Shown: piece by piece, positions 11,901-27,879 of the stretch
Position numbering within the stretch: position 1 is the first letter of the stretch
Layout of the letters: every line of letters begins with the position of its first letter
NCBI GenBank assembly: GCA_965235115.1
Contig: OZ249436.1
Coordinates: 19,966,001 to 20,030,000, forward strand
Length of the DNA stretch: 64,000 bases
Direction of reading: 5' to 3'
Source of the DNA: Laetmonice hystrix
Lineage: Eukaryota
Made by a program: the position numbers and the translations under genes
Notes under the pieces: model-generated
Database searches by the model: none
Told to the model about the DNA's origin: nothing
Seen by the model: only the letters and a program-made list of their open reading frames with translations

Positions 11901-14900
11901 GCTGTACGCCTTTTCTATATCAGATATCCCATCCCCAAGTAACAAACAAACAAGCAAAGATGACACAGAGATGCTGCAGGCAGAAAACACCAGGGCGGCG
12001 GCGGTGGCGTTGACTGCACTGCCGCCTTCCGGCCAGCGGTGGAATCACCACGTACAGCTGGCCGGGATGGCGGGCACCTGTGGCTCTGAGGCGAGAGACA
12101 GGTTAAAGCAATGATCATCGAAAAATGGCTACATTTTTGATACGTCAAATTGAAACTACGCCCCCAAAATTATGATTCTTAGGCCAGATGTTTAACTGTC
12201 AAACGTATAGGTCTCGTACGTTAGCTACAGATAAATGGTTGTGATCTGTACACTTTCCATTTGAGTACCTTCTCCAGATTTCAACATTAGATGCTCCTCG
12301 CCTGTACCTTTCATTTCCACTACCTCACTGTAGTGTTTGCATGGCTAGAAGGCCAGCCGGTAAGATGTAGGGATTTCTTACTCTACTGAATGGCCTCCCA
12401 CACTGCTTGGCCCCACAGTGTATACTGTTTGGCCTCACTGCTCTTTGGCCTCACTGTAGTGTTCGCTGGGATGCTAGACCAGCCAGTATACCTCGTAGCG
12501 ATTCCTCCCTGTACTGTTTGGCCTCCCTGTACCGTCTCCTTGTATACAAGAGTAGCCAGTAGTAATAGGGACGCCTCATGTTTCATGTTTCCATGCCTTT
12601 ATTGTCCATGAGGCAGGCCATATCTTTCGTCTATCATCTACTCCCATGTAATCTGTGTCGCCTACAGACCATCTGTAAGCGTCCGACAACGTTGTCAGGT
12701 CGTCCCAATGACTGTTTGCCGTCAAGGTTTAGTTAACAACGGCAAATGACGCTGTACGCCTTTTCTATATCAGATATCCCATCCCCAAGTAACAAACAAA
12801 CAAGCAAAGATGACACAGAGATGCTGCAGGCAGTAAACACCAGGGCGGCGGCGGTGGCGTTGACTGCACTGCCGCCTTCCGACCAGCGGTGGAATCACCA
12901 CGTACAGCTGGCCGGGATGGCGGGCACCTGTGGCTCTGAGGCGAGAGACAGGTTAAAGCAATGATCATCGAAAAATGGCTACATTTTTGATACGTCAAAT
13001 TGAAACTACGCCCCCAAAAATTATGATTCTTAGGCCAGATGTTTAACTGTCAAACGTATAGGTCTCGTACGTTAGCTACAGATAAATGGTTGTGATCTGT
13101 ACACTTTCCATTTGAGTACCTTCTCCAGATTTCAACATTAGATGCTCCTCGCCTGTACCTTTCATTTCCATTACCTCACTGTAGTGTTTGCATGGCTAGA
13201 AGGCCAGCCGGTAAGATGTAGGGATTTCTTACTCTACTGAATGGCCTCCCACACTGCTTGGCCCCACAGTGTATACTGTTTGGCCTCTCTGCTCTTTGGC
13301 CTCACTGTAGTGTTCGCTGGGATGCTAGACCAGCCAGTATACCTCGTAGCGATTCCTCCCTGTACTGTTTGGCCTCCCTGTACCGTCTCCTTGTATACAA
13401 GAGTAGCCAGTTGTATAGGAACGCCTCATGTTTCATGTTTTCATGCCTTTATTGTCCATGAGGCAGGCCATACTTTTCGTCTATCATCTACTCCCATGTA
13501 ATCTGTTTCGCCTACAGACCATCTGTAAGCGTCCGACAACGTTGTCAGGTCGTCCCAATGACTGTTTGCCGTCAAGGTTTAGTTAACAACGGCAAATGAC
13601 GCTGTACGCCTTTTCTATATCAGATATCCCACCCCCAAGTAACAAACAAACAAGCAAAGATGACACAGAGATGCTGCAGGCAGTAAACACCAGGGCGGCG
13701 GCGGTGGCGTTGACTGCACTGCCGCCTTCCGGCCAGCGGTGGAATCACCACCTACAGCTGGCCGGGATGGCGGGCACCTGTGGCTCTGAGGCGAGAGACA
13801 GGTTAAAGCAATGATCATCGAAAAATGTCTACATTTTTGATACGTCAAATTGAAACTACGCCCCCCAAAATTATGATTCTTAGGCCAGATGTATAACTGT
13901 CAAACGTATAGGTCTCGTACGTTCGCTACAGATAAATGGTTGTGATCTGTACACTTTCCATTTGAGTATCTTCTCCAGATTTTAACATTAGATGCTCCTC
14001 GCCTGTACCTTTCATTTCCACTACCTCACTGTAGTGTTTGCATGGCTAGAAGGCCAGCCGGTAAGATGTAGGGATTTCTCACTCTACTGAATGGCCTCCC
14101 ACACTGCTTGGCCCCACAGTGTATACTGTTTGGCCTCACTGTACTCTTTGGCCTCACTGTAGTGTTCGCTGGGGTGCTAGACCAGCCAGTATACCTCGTA
14201 GCGATTCCTCCCTGTACTGTTTGGCCTCCCTGTACCGTCTGCTTGTATACAAGAGTAGCCAGTAGTATAGGGACGCCTCATGTTTCATGTTTCCATGCCT
14301 TTATTGTCAATGAGGCAGGCCATACCTTTCGTCTGTCATCTACTCCCATGTAATCTGTGTCGCCTACAGACCATCTGTAAGCGTCCGACAACGTTGTCAG
14401 GTCGCCCCAATGACTGTTTGCCGTCAAGGTTTAGTTAACAACGGCAAATGACGCTGTACGCCTTTTCTATATCAGATATCCCATCCCCAAGTAACAAACA
14501 AACAAGCAAAGATGACACAGAGATGCTGCAGGCAGAAAACACCAGGGCGGCGGCGGTGGCGTTGACTGCACTGCCGCCTTCCGGCCAGCGGTGGAATCAC
14601 CACGTACAGCTGGCCGGGATGGCGGGCACCTGTGGCTCTGAGGCGAGAGACAGGTTAAAGCAATGATAATCGAAAAATGGCTACATTTCTAATACGTCAA
14701 ATTGAAACTACGCCCCCCAAAATTATGATTCTTAGGCCAGATGTATAACTGCTGTCAAACGTATAGGTCTCGTACGTTCGCTACAGATAAATGGTTGTGA
14801 TCTGTACACTTTCCATTTGAGTATCTTCTTCAGATTTTAACATTAGATGCTCCTCGCCTGTACCTTTCATTTCCACTACCTCACTGTAGTGTTTGCATGG

Positions 14901-17444
14901 CTAGAAGGCCAGCCGGTAACATGTAGGAATTTCTCACTCTACTGAATGGCCTCCCACACTGCTTGGCCCCACAGTGTATACTGTTTGGCATCACTGTACT
15001 CTTTGGCCTCACTGTAGTGTTCGCTGGGGTGCTAGACCAGCCAGTATACCTCGTAGCGATTCCTCCCTATACTGTTTGGCCTCCCTGTACCGTCTGCTTG
15101 TATACAAGAGTAGCCAGTAGTATAGGGACGCCTCATGTTTCATGTTTCCATGCCTTTATTGTCAATGAGGCAGGCCATACCTTTCGTCTGTCATCTACTC
15201 CCATGTAATCTGTGTCGCCTACAGACCATCTGTAAGCGTCCGACAACGTTGTCAGGTCGCCCCAATGACTGTTTGCCGTCAAGGTTTAGTTAACAACGGC
15301 AAATGACGCTGTACGCCTTTTCTATATCAGATATCCCATCCCCAAGTAACAAACAAACAAGCAAAGATGACACAGAGATGCTGCAGGCAGAAAACACCAG
15401 GGCGGCGGCGGTGGCGTTGACTGCACTGCCGCCTTCCGGCCAGCGGTGGAATCACCACGTACAGCTGGCCGGGATGGCGGGCACCTGTGGCTCTGAGGCG
15501 AGAGACAGGTTAAAGCAATGATCATCGAAAAATGGCTACATTTTTGATACGTCAAATTGAAACTACGCCCCCAAAATTATGATTCTTAGGCCAGATGTTT
15601 AACTGTCAAACGTATAGGTCTCGTACGTTAGCTACAGATAAATGGTTGTGATCTGTACACTTTCCATTTGAGTACCTTCTCCAGATTTCAACATTAGATG
15701 CTCCTCGCCTGTACCTTTCATTTCCACTACCTCACTGTAGTGTTTGCATGGCTAGAAGGCCAGCCGGTAAGATGTAGGGATTTCTTACTCTACTGAATGG
15801 CCTCCCACACTGCTTGGCCCCACAGTGTATACTGTTTGGCCTCACTGCTCTTTGGCCTCACTGTAGTGTTCGCTGGGATGCTAGACCAGCCAGTATACCT
15901 CGTAGCGATTCCTCCCTGTACTGTTTGGCCTCCCTGTACCGTCTCCTTGTATACAAGAGTAGCCAGTTGTATAGGAACGCCTCATGTTTCATGTTTTCAT
16001 GCCTTTATTGTCCATGAGGCAGGCCATACTTTTCGTCTATCATCTACTCCCATGTAATCTGTTTCGCCTACAGACCATCTGTAAGCGTCCGACAACGTTG
16101 TCAGGTCGTCCCAATGACTGTTTGCCGTCAAGGTTTAGTTAACAACGGCAAATGACGCTGTACGCCTTTTCTATATCAGATATCCCATCCCCAAGTAACA
16201 AACAAACAAGCAAAGATGACACAGAGATGCTGCAGGCAGTAAACACCAGGGCGGCGGCGGTGGCGTTGACTGCACTGCCGCCTTCCGGCCAGCGGTGGAA
16301 TCACCACCTACAGCTGGCCGGGATGGCGGGCACCTGTGGCTCTGAGGCGAGAGACAGGTTAAAGCAATGATAATCGAAAAATGGCTACATTTTTGATACG
16401 TCAAATTGAAACTACGCCCCCAAAAATTATGATTCTTAGGCCAGATGTATAACTGTCAAACGTATAGGTCTCGTACGTTCGCTACAGATAAATGGTTGTG
16501 ATCTGTACACTTTCCATTTGAGTATCTTCTCCAGATTTTAACATTAGATGCTCCTCGCCTGTACCTTTCATTTCCACTACCTCACTGTAGTGTTTGCATG
16601 GCTAGAAGGCCAGCCGGTAAGATGTAGGGATTTCTCACTCTACTGAATGGCCTCCCACACTGCTTGGCCCCACAGTGTATACTGTTTGGCATCACTGTAC
16701 TCTTTGGCCTCACTGTAGTGTTCGCTGGGGTGCTAGACCAGCCAGTATACCTCGTAGCGATTCCTCCCTATACTGTTTGGCCTCCCTGTACCGTCTGCTT
16801 GTATACAAGAGTAGCCAGTAGTATAGGGACGCCTCATGTTTCATGTTTCCATGCCTTTATTGTCCATGAGGCAGGCCATACTTTTCGTCTATCATCTACT
16901 CCCATGTAATCTGTGTCGCCTACAGACCATCTGTAAGCGTGCGACAACGTTGTCAGGTCGTCCCAATGACTGTTTGCCGTCAAGGTTTAGTTAACAACGG
17001 CAAATGACGCTGTACGCCTTTTCTATATCAGATATCCCATCCCCAAGTAACAAACAAACAAGCAAAGATGACACAGAGATGCTGCAGGCAGTAAACACCA
17101 GGGCGGCGGCGGTGGCGTTGACTGCACTGCCGCCTTCCGGCCAGCGGTGGAATCACCACGTACAGCTGGCCGGGATGGCGGGCACCTGTGGCTCTGAGGC
17201 GAGAGACAGGTTAAAGCAATGATAATCGAAAAATGGCTACATTTCTAATACGTCAAATTGAAACTACGCCCCCCAAAATTATGATTCTTAGGCCAGATGT
17301 ATAACTGCTGTCAAACGTATAGGTCTCGTACGTTCGCTACAGATAAATGGTTGTGATCTGTACACTTTCCATTTGAGTATCTTCTTCAGATTTTAACATT
17401 AGATGCTCCTCGCCTGTACCTTTCATTTCCACTACCTCACTGTA

Positions 17445-18401
17445 TTTTTCTTTTGAAATGCACGGGCATCAGGGGTAACCCAATTACTTTGACAATGTCC
17501 CTAAAGAGAAAAGTTGTATAGTCCTCTACAGGAATCGAACCCCGGCCCTAAGATTACTGCACCCATTCGCATAGCATAAGGTGTCGACATCCATGCCTAC
17601 TAGGCCACCGCCACTCCCCTATAAAAGGAGCTTTGGTGGTCGAGCAGGACAATGGACCCTCCCCCCTACACACATCTTTTTTAAATGAGACGGAATCCAT
17701 ATTTTCCTAGTTAGAGCTACACATGATTTCTACCGAACATTGACTGTTAAGGTAATCCTGGCACTGGCGTAGACTGTATTTTTCTTTTGAAATGCACGGG
17801 CATCAGGGGTAACCCAATTACTTTGACAATGTCCCTAAAGAGAAAAGTTGTATAGTCCTCTACAGGAATCGAACCCCGGCCCTAAGATTACTGCACCCAT
17901 TCGCATAGCATAAGGTGTCGACATCCATGCCTACTAGGCCACCGCCACTCCCCTATAAAAGGAGCTTTGGTGGTCGAGCAGGACAATGGACCCTCCCCCC
18001 TACACACATCTTTTTTAAATGAGACGGAATCCATATTTTCCTAGTTAGAGCTACACATGATTTCTACCGAACATTGACTGTTAAGGTAATCCTGGCACTG
18101 GCGTAGACTGTATTTTTCTTTTGAAATGCACGGGCATCAGGGGTAACCCAATTACTTTGACAATGTCCCTAAAGAGAAAAGTTGTATAGTCCTCTACAGG
18201 AATCGAACCCCGGCCCTAAGATTACTGCACCCATTCGCATAGCATAAGGTGTCGACATCCATGCCTACTAGGCCACCGCCACTCCCCTATAAAAGGAGCT
18301 TTGGTGGTCGAGCAGGACAATGGACCCTCCCCCCTACACACATCTTTTTTAAATGAGACGGAATCCATATTTTCCTAGTTAGAGCTACACATGATTTCTA
18401 A
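17445..18401 (-). mobile_element. 957 bp insert of the 334 bp tRNA-derived unit (second HOR copy)
   Basis: Same sequence as 7967-8923 at +9478. Confidence 0.9.
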
Positions 18402-21400
18402 GTGTTTGCATGGCTAGAAGGCCAGCCGGTAACATGTAGGAATTTCTCACTCTACTGAATGGCCTCCCACACTGCTTGGTCCCACAGTGTATACTGTTTG
18501 GCATCACTGTACTCTTTGGCCTCACTGTAGTGTTCGCTGGGGTGCTAGACCAGCCAGTATACCTCGTAGCGATTCCTCCCTATACTGTTTCGCCTCCCTG
18601 TACCGTCTGCTTGTATACAAGAGTAGCCAGTAGTAATAGGGACGCCTCATGTTTCATGTTTCCATGCCTTTATTGTCCATGAGGCAGGCCATATCTTTCG
18701 TCTATCATCTACTCCCATGTAATCTGTGTCGCCTACAGACCATCTGTAAGCGTCCGACAACGTTGTCAGGTCGTCCCAATGACTGTTTGCCGTCAAGGTT
18801 TAGTTAACAACGGCAAATGACGCTGTACGCCTTTTCTATATCAGATATCCCATCCCCAAGTAACAAACAAACAAGCAAAGATGACACAGAGATGCTGCAG
18901 GCAGTAAACACCAGGGCGGCGGCGGTGGCGTTGACTGCACTGCCGCCTTCCGACCAGCGGTGGAATCACCACGTACAGCTGGCCGGGATGGCGGGCACCT
19001 GTGGCTCTGAGGCGAGAGACAGGTTAAAGCAATGATCATCGAAAAATGGCTACATTTTTGATACGTCAAATTGAAACTACGCCCCCAAAAATTATGATTC
19101 TTAGGCCAGATGTTTAACTGTCAAACGTATAGGTCTCGTACGTTAGCTACAGATAAATGGTTGTGATCTGTACACTTTCCATTTGAGTACCTTCTCCAGA
19201 TTTCAACATTAGATGCTCCTCGCCTGTACCTTTCATTTCCACTACCTCACTGTAGTGTTTGCATGGCTAGAAGGCCAGCCGGTAAGATGTAGGGATTTCT
19301 TACTCTACTGAATGGCCTCCCACACTGCTTGGCCCCACAGTGTATACTGTTTGGCCTCTCTGCTCTTTGGCCTCACTGTAGTGTTCGCTGGGATGCTAGA
19401 CCAGCCAGTATACCTCGTAGCGATTCCTCCCTGTACTGTTTGGCCTCCCTGTACCGTCTCCTTGTATACAAGAGTAGCCAGTTGTATAGGAACGCCTCAT
19501 GTTTCATGTTTTCATGCCTTTATTGTCCATGAGGCAGGCCATACTTTTCGTCTATCATCTACTCCCATGTAATCTGTTTCGCCTACAGACCATCTGTAAG
19601 CGTCCGACAACGTTGTCAGGTCGTCCCAATGACTGTTTGCCGTCAAGGTTTAGTTAACAACGGCAAATGACGCTGTACGCCTTTTCTATATCAGATATCC
19701 CATCCCCAAGTAACAAACAAACAAGCAAAGATGACACAGAGATGCTGCAGGCAGTAAACACCAGGGCGGCGGCGGTGGCGTTGACTGCACTGCCGCCTTC
19801 CGGCCAGCGGTGGAATCACCACCTACAGCTGGCCGGGATGGCGGGCACCTGTGGCTCTGAGGCGAGAGACAGGTTAAAGCAATGATAATCGAAAAATGTC
19901 TACATTTTTGATAAGTCAAATTGAAACTACGCCCCCCAAAATTATGATTCTTAGGCCAGATGTATAACTGTCAAACGTATAGGTCTCGTACGTTCGCTAC
20001 AGATAAATGGTTGTGATCTGTACACTTTCCATTTGAGTATCTTCTCCAGATTTTAACATTAGATGCTCCTCGCCTGTACCTTTCATTTCCACTACCTCAC
20101 TGTAGTGTTTGCATGGCTAGAAGGCCAGCCGGTAAGATGTAGGGATTTCTCACTCTACTGAATGGCCTCCCACACTGCTTGGCCCCACAGTGTATACTGT
20201 TTGGCCTCACTGTACTCTTTGGCCTCACTGTAGTGTTCGCTGGGGTGCTAGACCAGCCAGTATACCTCGTAGCGATTCCTCCCTGTACTGTTTGGCCTCC
20301 CTGTACCGTCTGCTTGTATACAAGAGTAGCCAGTAGTATAGGGACGCCTCATGTTTCATGTTTCCATGCCTTTATTGTCAATGAGGCAGGCCATACCTTT
20401 CGTCTGTCATCTACTCCCATGTAATCTGTGTCGCCTACAGACCATCTGTAAGCGTCCGACAACGTTGTCAGGTCGCCCCAATGACTGTTTGCCGTCAAGG
20501 TTTAGTTAACAACGGCAAATGACGCTGTACGCCTTTTCTATATCAGATATCCCATCCCCAAGTAACAAACAAACAAGCAAAGATGACACAGAGATGCTGC
20601 AGGCAGAAAACACCAGGGCGGCGGCGGTGGCGTTGACTGCACTGCCGCCTTCCGGCCAGCGGTGGAATCACCACGTACAGCTGGCCGGGATGGCGGGCAC
20701 CTGTGGCTCTGAGGCGAGAGACAGGTTAAAGCAATGATAATCGAAAAATGGCTACATTTCTAATACGTCAAATTGAAACTACGCCCCCCAAAATTATGAT
20801 TCTTAGGCCAGATGTATAACTGCTGTCAAACGTATAGGTCTCGTACGTTCGCTACAGATAAATGGTTGTGATCTGTACACTTTCCATTTGAGTATCTTCT
20901 TCAGATTTTAACATTAGATGCTCCTCGCCTGTACCTTTCATTTCCACTACCTCACTGTAGTGTTTGCATGGCTAGAAGGCCAGCCGGTAACATGTAGGAA
21001 TTTCTCACTCTACTGAATGGCCTCCCACACTGCTTGGCCCCACAGTGTATACTGTTTGGCATCACTGTACTCTTTGGCCTCACTGTAGTGTTCGCTGGGG
21101 TGCTAGACCAGCCAGTATACCTCGTAGCGATTCCTCCCTATACTGTTTGGCCTCCCTGTACCGTCTGCTTGTATACAAGAGTAGCCAGTAGTATAGGGAC
21201 GCCTCATGTTTCATGTTTCCATGCCTTTATTGTCAATGAGGCAGGCCATACCTTTCGTCTGTCATCTACTCCCATGTAATCTGTGTCGCCTACAGACCAT
21301 CTGTAAGCGTCCGACAACGTTGTCAGGTCGCCCCAATGACTGTTTGCCGTCAAGGTTTAGTTAACAACGGCAAATGACGCTGTACGCCTTTTCTATATCA

Positions 21401-24400
21401 GATATCCCATCCCCAAGTAACAAACAAACAAGCAAAGATGACACAGAGATGCTGCAGGCAGAAAACACCAGGGCGGCGGCGGTGGCGTTGACTGCACTGC
21501 CGCCTTCCGGCCAGCGGTGGAATCACCACGTACAGCTGGCCGGGATGGCGGGCACCTGTGGCTCTGAGGCGAGAGACAGGTTAAAGCAATGATCATCGAA
21601 AAATGGCTACATTTTTGATACGTCAAATTGAAACTACGCCCCCAAAATTATGATTCTTAGGCCAGATGTTTAACTGTCAAACGTATAGGTCTCGTACGTT
21701 AGCTACAGATAAATGGTTGTGATCTGTACACTTTCCATTTGAGTACCTTCTCCAGATTTCAACATTAGATGCTCCTCGCCTGTACCTTTCATTTCCACTA
21801 CCTCACTGTAGTGTTTGCATGGCTAGAAGGCCAGCCGGTAAGATGTAGGGATTTCTTACTCTACTGAATGGCCTCCCACACTGCTTGGCCCCACAGTGTA
21901 TACTGTTTGGCCTCACTGCTCTTTGGCCTCACTGTAGTGTTCGCTGGGATGCTAGACCAGCCAGTATACCTCGTAGCGATTCCTCCCTGTACTGTTTGGC
22001 CTCCCTGTACCGTCTCCTTGTATACAAGAGTAGCCAGTAGTAATAGGGACGCCTCATGTTTCATGTTTCCATGCCTTTATTGTCCATGAGGCAGGCCATA
22101 TCTTTCGTCTATCATCTACTCCCATGTAATCTGTGTCGCCTACAGACCATCTGTAAGCGTCCGACAACGTTGTCAGGTCGTCCCAATGACTGTTTGCCGT
22201 CAAGGTTTAGTTAACAACGGCAAATGACGCTGTACGCCTTTTCTATATCAGATATCCCATCCCCAAGTAACAAACAAACAAGCAAAGATGACACAGAGAT
22301 GCTGCAGGCAGTAAACACCAGGGCGGCGGCGGTGGCGTTGACTGCACTGCCGCCTTCCGACCAGCGGTGGAATCACCACGTACAGCTGGCCGGGATGGCG
22401 GGCACCTGTGGCTCTGAGGCGAGAGACAGGTTAAAGCAATGATCATCGAAAAATGGCTACATTTTTGATACGTCAAATTGAAACTACGCCCCCAAAAATT
22501 ATGATTCTTAGGCCAGATGTTTAACTGTCAAACGTATAGGTCTCGTACGTTAGCTACAGATAAATGGTTGTGATCTGTACACTTTCCATTTGAGTACCTT
22601 CTCCAGATTTCAACATTAGATGCTCCTCGCCTGTACCTTTCATTTCCATTACCTCACTGTAGTGTTTGCATGGCTAGAAGGCCAGCCGGTAAGATGTAGG
22701 GATTTCTTACTCTACTGAATGGCCTCCCACACTGCTTGGCCCCACAGTGTATACTGTTTGGCCTCTCTGCTCTTTGGCCTCACTGTAGTGTTCGCTGGGA
22801 TGCTAGACCAGCCAGTATACCTCGTAGCGATTCCTCCCTGTACTGTTTGGCCTCCCTGTACCGTCTCCTTGTATACAAGAGTAGCCAGTTGTATAGGAAC
22901 GCCTCATGTTTCATGTTTTCATGCCTTTATTGTCCATGAGGCAGGCCATACTTTTCGTCTATCATCTACTCCCATGTAATCTGTTTCGCCTACAGACCAT
23001 CTGTAAGCGTCCGACAACGTTGTCAGGTCGTCCCAATGACTGTTTGCCGTCAAGGTTTAGTTAACAACGGCAAATGACGCTGTACGCCTTTTCTATATCA
23101 GATATCCCACCCCCAAGTAACAAACAAACAAGCAAAGATGACACAGAGATGCTGCAGGCAGTAAACACCAGGGCGGCGGCGGTGGCGTTGACTGCACTGC
23201 CGCCTTCCGGCCAGCGGTGGAATCACCACCTACAGCTGGCCGGGATGGCGGGCACCTGTGGCTCTGAGGCGAGAGACAGGTTAAAGCAATGATCATCGAA
23301 AAATGTCTACATTTTTGATACGTCAAATTGAAACTACGCCCCCCAAAATTATGATTCTTAGGCCAGATGTATAACTGTCAAACGTATAGGTCTCGTACGT
23401 TCGCTACAGATAAATGGTTGTGATCTGTACACTTTCCATTTGAGTATCTTCTCCAGATTTTAACATTAGATGCTCCTCGCCTGTACCTTTCATTTCCACT
23501 ACCTCACTGTAGTGTTTGCATGGCTAGAAGGCCAGCCGGTAAGATGTAGGGATTTCTCACTCTACTGAATGGCCTCCCACACTGCTTGGCCCCACAGTGT
23601 ATACTGTTTGGCCTCACTGTACTCTTTGGCCTCACTGTAGTGTTCGCTGGGGTGCTAGACCAGCCAGTATACCTCGTAGCGATTCCTCCCTGTACTGTTT
23701 GGCCTCCCTGTACCGTCTGCTTGTATACAAGAGTAGCCAGTAGTATAGGGACGCCTCATGTTTCATGTTTCCATGCCTTTATTGTCAATGAGGCAGGCCA
23801 TACCTTTCGTCTGTCATCTACTCCCATGTAATCTGTGTCGCCTACAGACCATCTGTAAGCGTCCGACAACGTTGTCAGGTCGCCCCAATGACTGTTTGCC
23901 GTCAAGGTTTAGTTAACAACGGCAAATGACGCTGTACGCCTTTTCTATATCAGATATCCCATCCCCAAGTAACAAACAAACAAGCAAAGATGACACAGAG
24001 ATGCTGCAGGCAGAAAACACCAGGGCGGCGGCGGTGGCGTTGACTGCACTGCCGCCTTCCGGCCAGCGGTGGAATCACCACGTACAGCTGGCCGGGATGG
24101 CGGGCACCTGTGGCTCTGAGGCGAGAGACAGGTTAAAGCAATGATAATCGAAAAATGGCTACATTTCTAATACGTCAAATTGAAACTACGCCCCCCAAAA
24201 TTATGATTCTTAGGCCAGATGTATAACTGCTGTCAAACGTATAGGTCTCGTACGTTCGCTACAGATAAATGGTTGTGATCTGTACACTTTCCATTTGAGT
24301 ATCTTCTTCAGATTTTAACATTAGATGCTCCTCGCCTGTACCTTTCATTTCCACTACCTCACTGTAGTGTTTGCATGGCTAGAAGGCCAGCCGGTAACAT

Positions 24401-26922
24401 GTAGGAATTTCTCACTCTACTGAATGGCCTCCCACACTGCTTGGCCCCACAGTGTATACTGTTTGGCATCACTGTACTCTTTGGCCTCACTGTAGTGTTC
24501 GCTGGGGTGCTAGACCAGCCAGTATACCTCGTAGCGATTCCTCCCTATACTGTTTGGCCTCCCTGTACCGTCTGCTTGTATACAAGAGTAGCCAGTAGTA
24601 TAGGGACGCCTCATGTTTCATGTTTCCATGCCTTTATTGTCAATGAGGCAGGCCATACCTTTCGTCTGTCATCTACTCCCATGTAATCTGTGTCGCCTAC
24701 AGACCATCTGTAAGCGTCCGACAACGTTGTCAGGTCGCCCCAATGACTGTTTGCCGTCAAGGTTTAGTTAACAACGGCAAATGACGCTGTACGCCTTTTC
24801 TATATCAGATATCCCATCCCCAAGTAACAAACAAACAAGCAAAGATGACACAGAGATGCTGCAGGCAGAAAACACCAGGGCGGCGGCGGTGGCGTTGACT
24901 GCACTGCCGCCTTCCGGCCAGCGGTGGAATCACCACGTACAGCTGGCCGGGATGGCGGGCACCTGTGGCTCTGAGGCGAGAGACAGGTTAAAGCAATGAT
25001 CATCGAAAAATGGCTACATTTTTGATACGTCAAATTGAAACTACGCCCCCAAAATTATGATTCTTAGGCCAGATGTTTAACTGTCAAACGTATAGGTCTC
25101 GTACGTTAGCTACAGATAAATGGTTGTGATCTGTACACTTTCCATTTGAGTACCTTCTCCAGATTTCAACATTAGATGCTCCTCGCCTGTACCTTTCATT
25201 TCCACTACCTCACTGTAGTGTTTGCATGGCTAGAAGGCCAGCCGGTAAGATGTAGGGATTTCTTACTCTACTGAATGGCCTCCCACACTGCTTGGCCCCA
25301 CAGTGTATACTGTTTGGCCTCACTGCTCTTTGGCCTCACTGTAGTGTTCGCTGGGATGCTAGACCAGCCAGTATACCTCGTAGCGATTCCTCCCTGTACT
25401 GTTTGGCCTCCCTGTACCGTCTCCTTGTATACAAGAGTAGCCAGTTGTATAGGAACGCCTCATGTTTCATGTTTTCATGCCTTTATTGTCCATGAGGCAG
25501 GCCATACTTTTCGTCTATCATCTACTCCCATGTAATCTGTTTCGCCTACAGACCATCTGTAAGCGTCCGACAACGTTGTCAGGTCGTCCCAATGACTGTT
25601 TGCCGTCAAGGTTTAGTTAACAACGGCAAATGACGCTGTACGCCTTTTCTATATCAGATATCCCATCCCCAAGTAACAAACAAACAAGCAAAGATGACAC
25701 AGAGATGCTGCAGGCAGTAAACACCAGGGCGGCGGCGGTGGCGTTGACTGCACTGCCGCCTTCCGGCCAGCGGTGGAATCACCACCTACAGCTGGCCGGG
25801 ATGGCGGGCACCTGTGGCTCTGAGGCGAGAGACAGGTTAAAGCAATGATAATCGAAAAATGGCTACATTTTTGATACGTCAAATTGAAACTACGCCCCCA
25901 AAAATTATGATTCTTAGGCCAGATGTATAACTGTCAAACGTATAGGTCTCGTACGTTCGCTACAGATAAATGGTTGTGATCTGTACACTTTCCATTTGAG
26001 TATCTTCTCCAGATTTTAACATTAGATGCTCCTCGCCTGTACCTTTCATTTCCACTACCTCACTGTAGTGTTTGCATGGCTAGAAGGCCAGCCGGTAAGA
26101 TGTAGGGATTTCTCACTCTACTGAATGGCCTCCCACACTGCTTGGCCCCACAGTGTATACTGTTTGGCATCACTGTACTCTTTGGCCTCACTGTAGTGTT
26201 CGCTGGGGTGCTAGACCAGCCAGTATACCTCGTAGCGATTCCTCCCTATACTGTTTGGCCTCCCTGTACCGTCTGCTTGTATACAAGAGTAGCCAGTAGT
26301 ATAGGGACGCCTCATGTTTCATGTTTCCATGCCTTTATTGTCCATGAGGCAGGCCATACTTTTCGTCTATCATCTACTCCCATGTAATCTGTGTCGCCTA
26401 CAGACCATCTGTAAGCGTGCGACAACGTTGTCAGGTCGTCCCAATGACTGTTTGCCGTCAAGGTTTAGTTAACAACGGCAAATGACGCTGTACGCCTTTT
26501 CTATATCAGATATCCCATCCCCAAGTAACAAACAAACAAGCAAAGATGACACAGAGATGCTGCAGGCAGTAAACACCAGGGCGGCGGCGGTGGCGTTGAC
26601 TGCACTGCCGCCTTCCGGCCAGCGGTGGAATCACCACGTACAGCTGGCCGGGATGGCGGGCACCTGTGGCTCTGAGGCGAGAGACAGGTTAAAGCAATGA
26701 TAATCGAAAAATGGCTACATTTCTAATACGTCAAATTGAAACTACGCCCCCCAAAATTATGATTCTTAGGCCAGATGTATAACTGCTGTCAAACGTATAG
26801 GTCTCGTACGTTCGCTACAGATAAATGGTTGTGATCTGTACACTTTCCATTTGAGTATCTTCTTCAGATTTTAACATTAGATGCTCCTCGCCTGTACCTT
26901 TCATTTCCACTACCTCACTGTA

Positions 26923-27879
26923 TTTTTCTTTTGAAATGCACGGGCATCAGGGGTAACCCAATTACTTTGACAATGTCCCTAAAGAGAAAAGTTGTATAGT
27001 CCTCTACAGGAATCGAACCCCGGCCCTAAGATTACTGCACCCATTCGCATAGCATAAGGTGTCGACATCCATGCCTACTAGGCCACCGCCACTCCCCTAT
27101 AAAAGGAGCTTTGGTGGTCGAGCAGGACAATGGACCCTCCCCCCTACACACATCTTTTTTAAATGAGACGGAATCCATATTTTCCTAGTTAGAGCTACAC
27201 ATGATTTCTACCGAACATTGACTGTTAAGGTAATCCTGGCACTGGCGTAGACTGTATTTTTCTTTTGAAATGCACGGGCATCAGGGGTAACCCAATTACT
27301 TTGACAATGTCCCTAAAGAGAAAAGTTGTATAGTCCTCTACAGGAATCGAACCCCGGCCCTAAGATTACTGCACCCATTCGCATAGCATAAGGTGTCGAC
27401 ATCCATGCCTACTAGGCCACCGCCACTCCCCTATAAAAGGAGCTTTGGTGGTCGAGCAGGACAATGGACCCTCCCCCCTACACACATCTTTTTTAAATGA
27501 GACGGAATCCATATTTTCCTAGTTAGAGCTACACATGATTTCTACCGAACATTGACTGTTAAGGTAATCCTGGCACTGGCGTAGACTGTATTTTTCTTTT
27601 GAAATGCACGGGCATCAGGGGTAACCCAATTACTTTGACAATGTCCCTAAAGAGAAAAGTTGTATAGTCCTCTACAGGAATCGAACCCCGGCCCTAAGAT
27701 TACTGCACCCATTCGCATAGCATAAGGTGTCGACATCCATGCCTACTAGGCCACCGCCACTCCCCTATAAAAGGAGCTTTGGTGGTCGAGCAGGACAATG
27801 GACCCTCCCCCCTACACACATCTTTTTTAAATGAGACGGAATCCATATTTTCCTAGTTAGAGCTACACATGATTTCTAA
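26923..27879 (-). mobile_element. 957 bp insert of the 334 bp tRNA-derived unit (third HOR copy)
   Basis: Same sequence as 7967-8923 at +18956. Confidence 0.9.
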